Shown piece after piece: positions 27,683 to 28,015 of a DNA stretch of 28,015 bases. Position 1 is the stretch's first letter; the number at the start of each line of letters is the position of its first letter. The DNA is from Candidatus Kapaibacterium sp. Lineage in GTDB: Bacteria; Bacteroidota; Ignavibacteria; Kapaibacteriales; UBA961. A program made the translations under genes and the position numbers. The notes beneath the pieces were generated by a model. It had not been told where the DNA came from and searched no databases. It worked only from the letters and a program-made list of their open reading frames with translations. Location of the stretch: contig JALRFC010000001.1 of assembly GCA_023253875.1 (NCBI GenBank), positions 1-28,015 of the forward strand. The letters are read 5' to 3'.

Positions 27683-28015
27683 ATTCCCGGCTGATCAAGA
27701 TATGAATCAAATACAGAGCTCTTCTTTTCACCATGTATGATCATATTTTCAACATATTTTCCAAGAATGTCGAATTCGAGATTTACCTGCGCATTCACGG
27801 TGAGCGAACCAATGGTTGTCACAGCCAAGGTATGCGGAATAATAGCCATCATACATGTATTGTCTTTCACTCTGGCGACAGTCAGACTCACACCATTGAT
27901 ACAGATGGAACCTACAGGCACAATATACTTTCGAAATTCTTGTGGAAATGTAATCCATAATTGCCAACCACCACCCGAAACAGTGATTATGGACTGTACT
28001 CTTCCCACGCAATCA
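27679..28015 (-). CDS. ribE: Riboflavin synthase (alpha chain), 3' part; gene starts beyond the right edge
   Basis: DCVGRV, GSICINGVSLTV, IIPHT...TT, VNLEFDILGKYV. Called ribC in E. coli nomenclature. Confidence 0.95.
   Translation of the reverse strand, partial: DCVGRVQSIITVSGGGWQLWITFPQEFRKYIVPVGSICINGVSLTVARVKDNTCMMAIIPHTLAVTTIGSLTVNAQVNLEFDILGKYVENMIIHGEKKSSVFDSYLDQPGM

Overview
28 kb of mostly housekeeping chromosome from a member of the Bacteroidota/Chlorobi group. An Ignavibacteria/Ca. Kapabacteria-like organism is inferred from the split atpD-atpC operon, bshC, alt-GlmU, and TAnnTTTG promoter elements combined with Shine-Dalgarno motifs. Gene order: tRNA-Val(GAC); two tandem paralogous soluble TPR + LuxR-type HTH regulators; SAM methyltransferase; eukaryote-type citrate synthase; three glycosyltransferases (GT4, GT9, GT4); purE; hmgA; atpD-atpC; GlmU-like protein; ccoG-fixH-DsbD_2-cytochrome c; nuoJ-nuoK; hrcA; TrmH-family methyltransferase; smpB; dnaA with an upstream DnaA-box region (candidate oriC); tatC; long-chain polyprenyl synthase; bshC; 3' part of riboflavin synthase. 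No CRISPR array, transposase, integrase or att duplication was seen. The best leads for undescribed biology are (i) a ~200-nt minus-strand structured element between atpC and the GlmU-like gene that shows CUUCCC(C)U three times in predicted single-stranded positions, like C-rich seed sRNAs; (ii) the cytoplasmic TPR-LuxR paralog pair with a structured 150-nt trailer; (iii) a hairpin-dense ~130-nt segment between the cytochrome c and nuoK terminators; (iv) apparent coexistence of two promoter types. All structures and alignments were done by eye. None was computed or searched.
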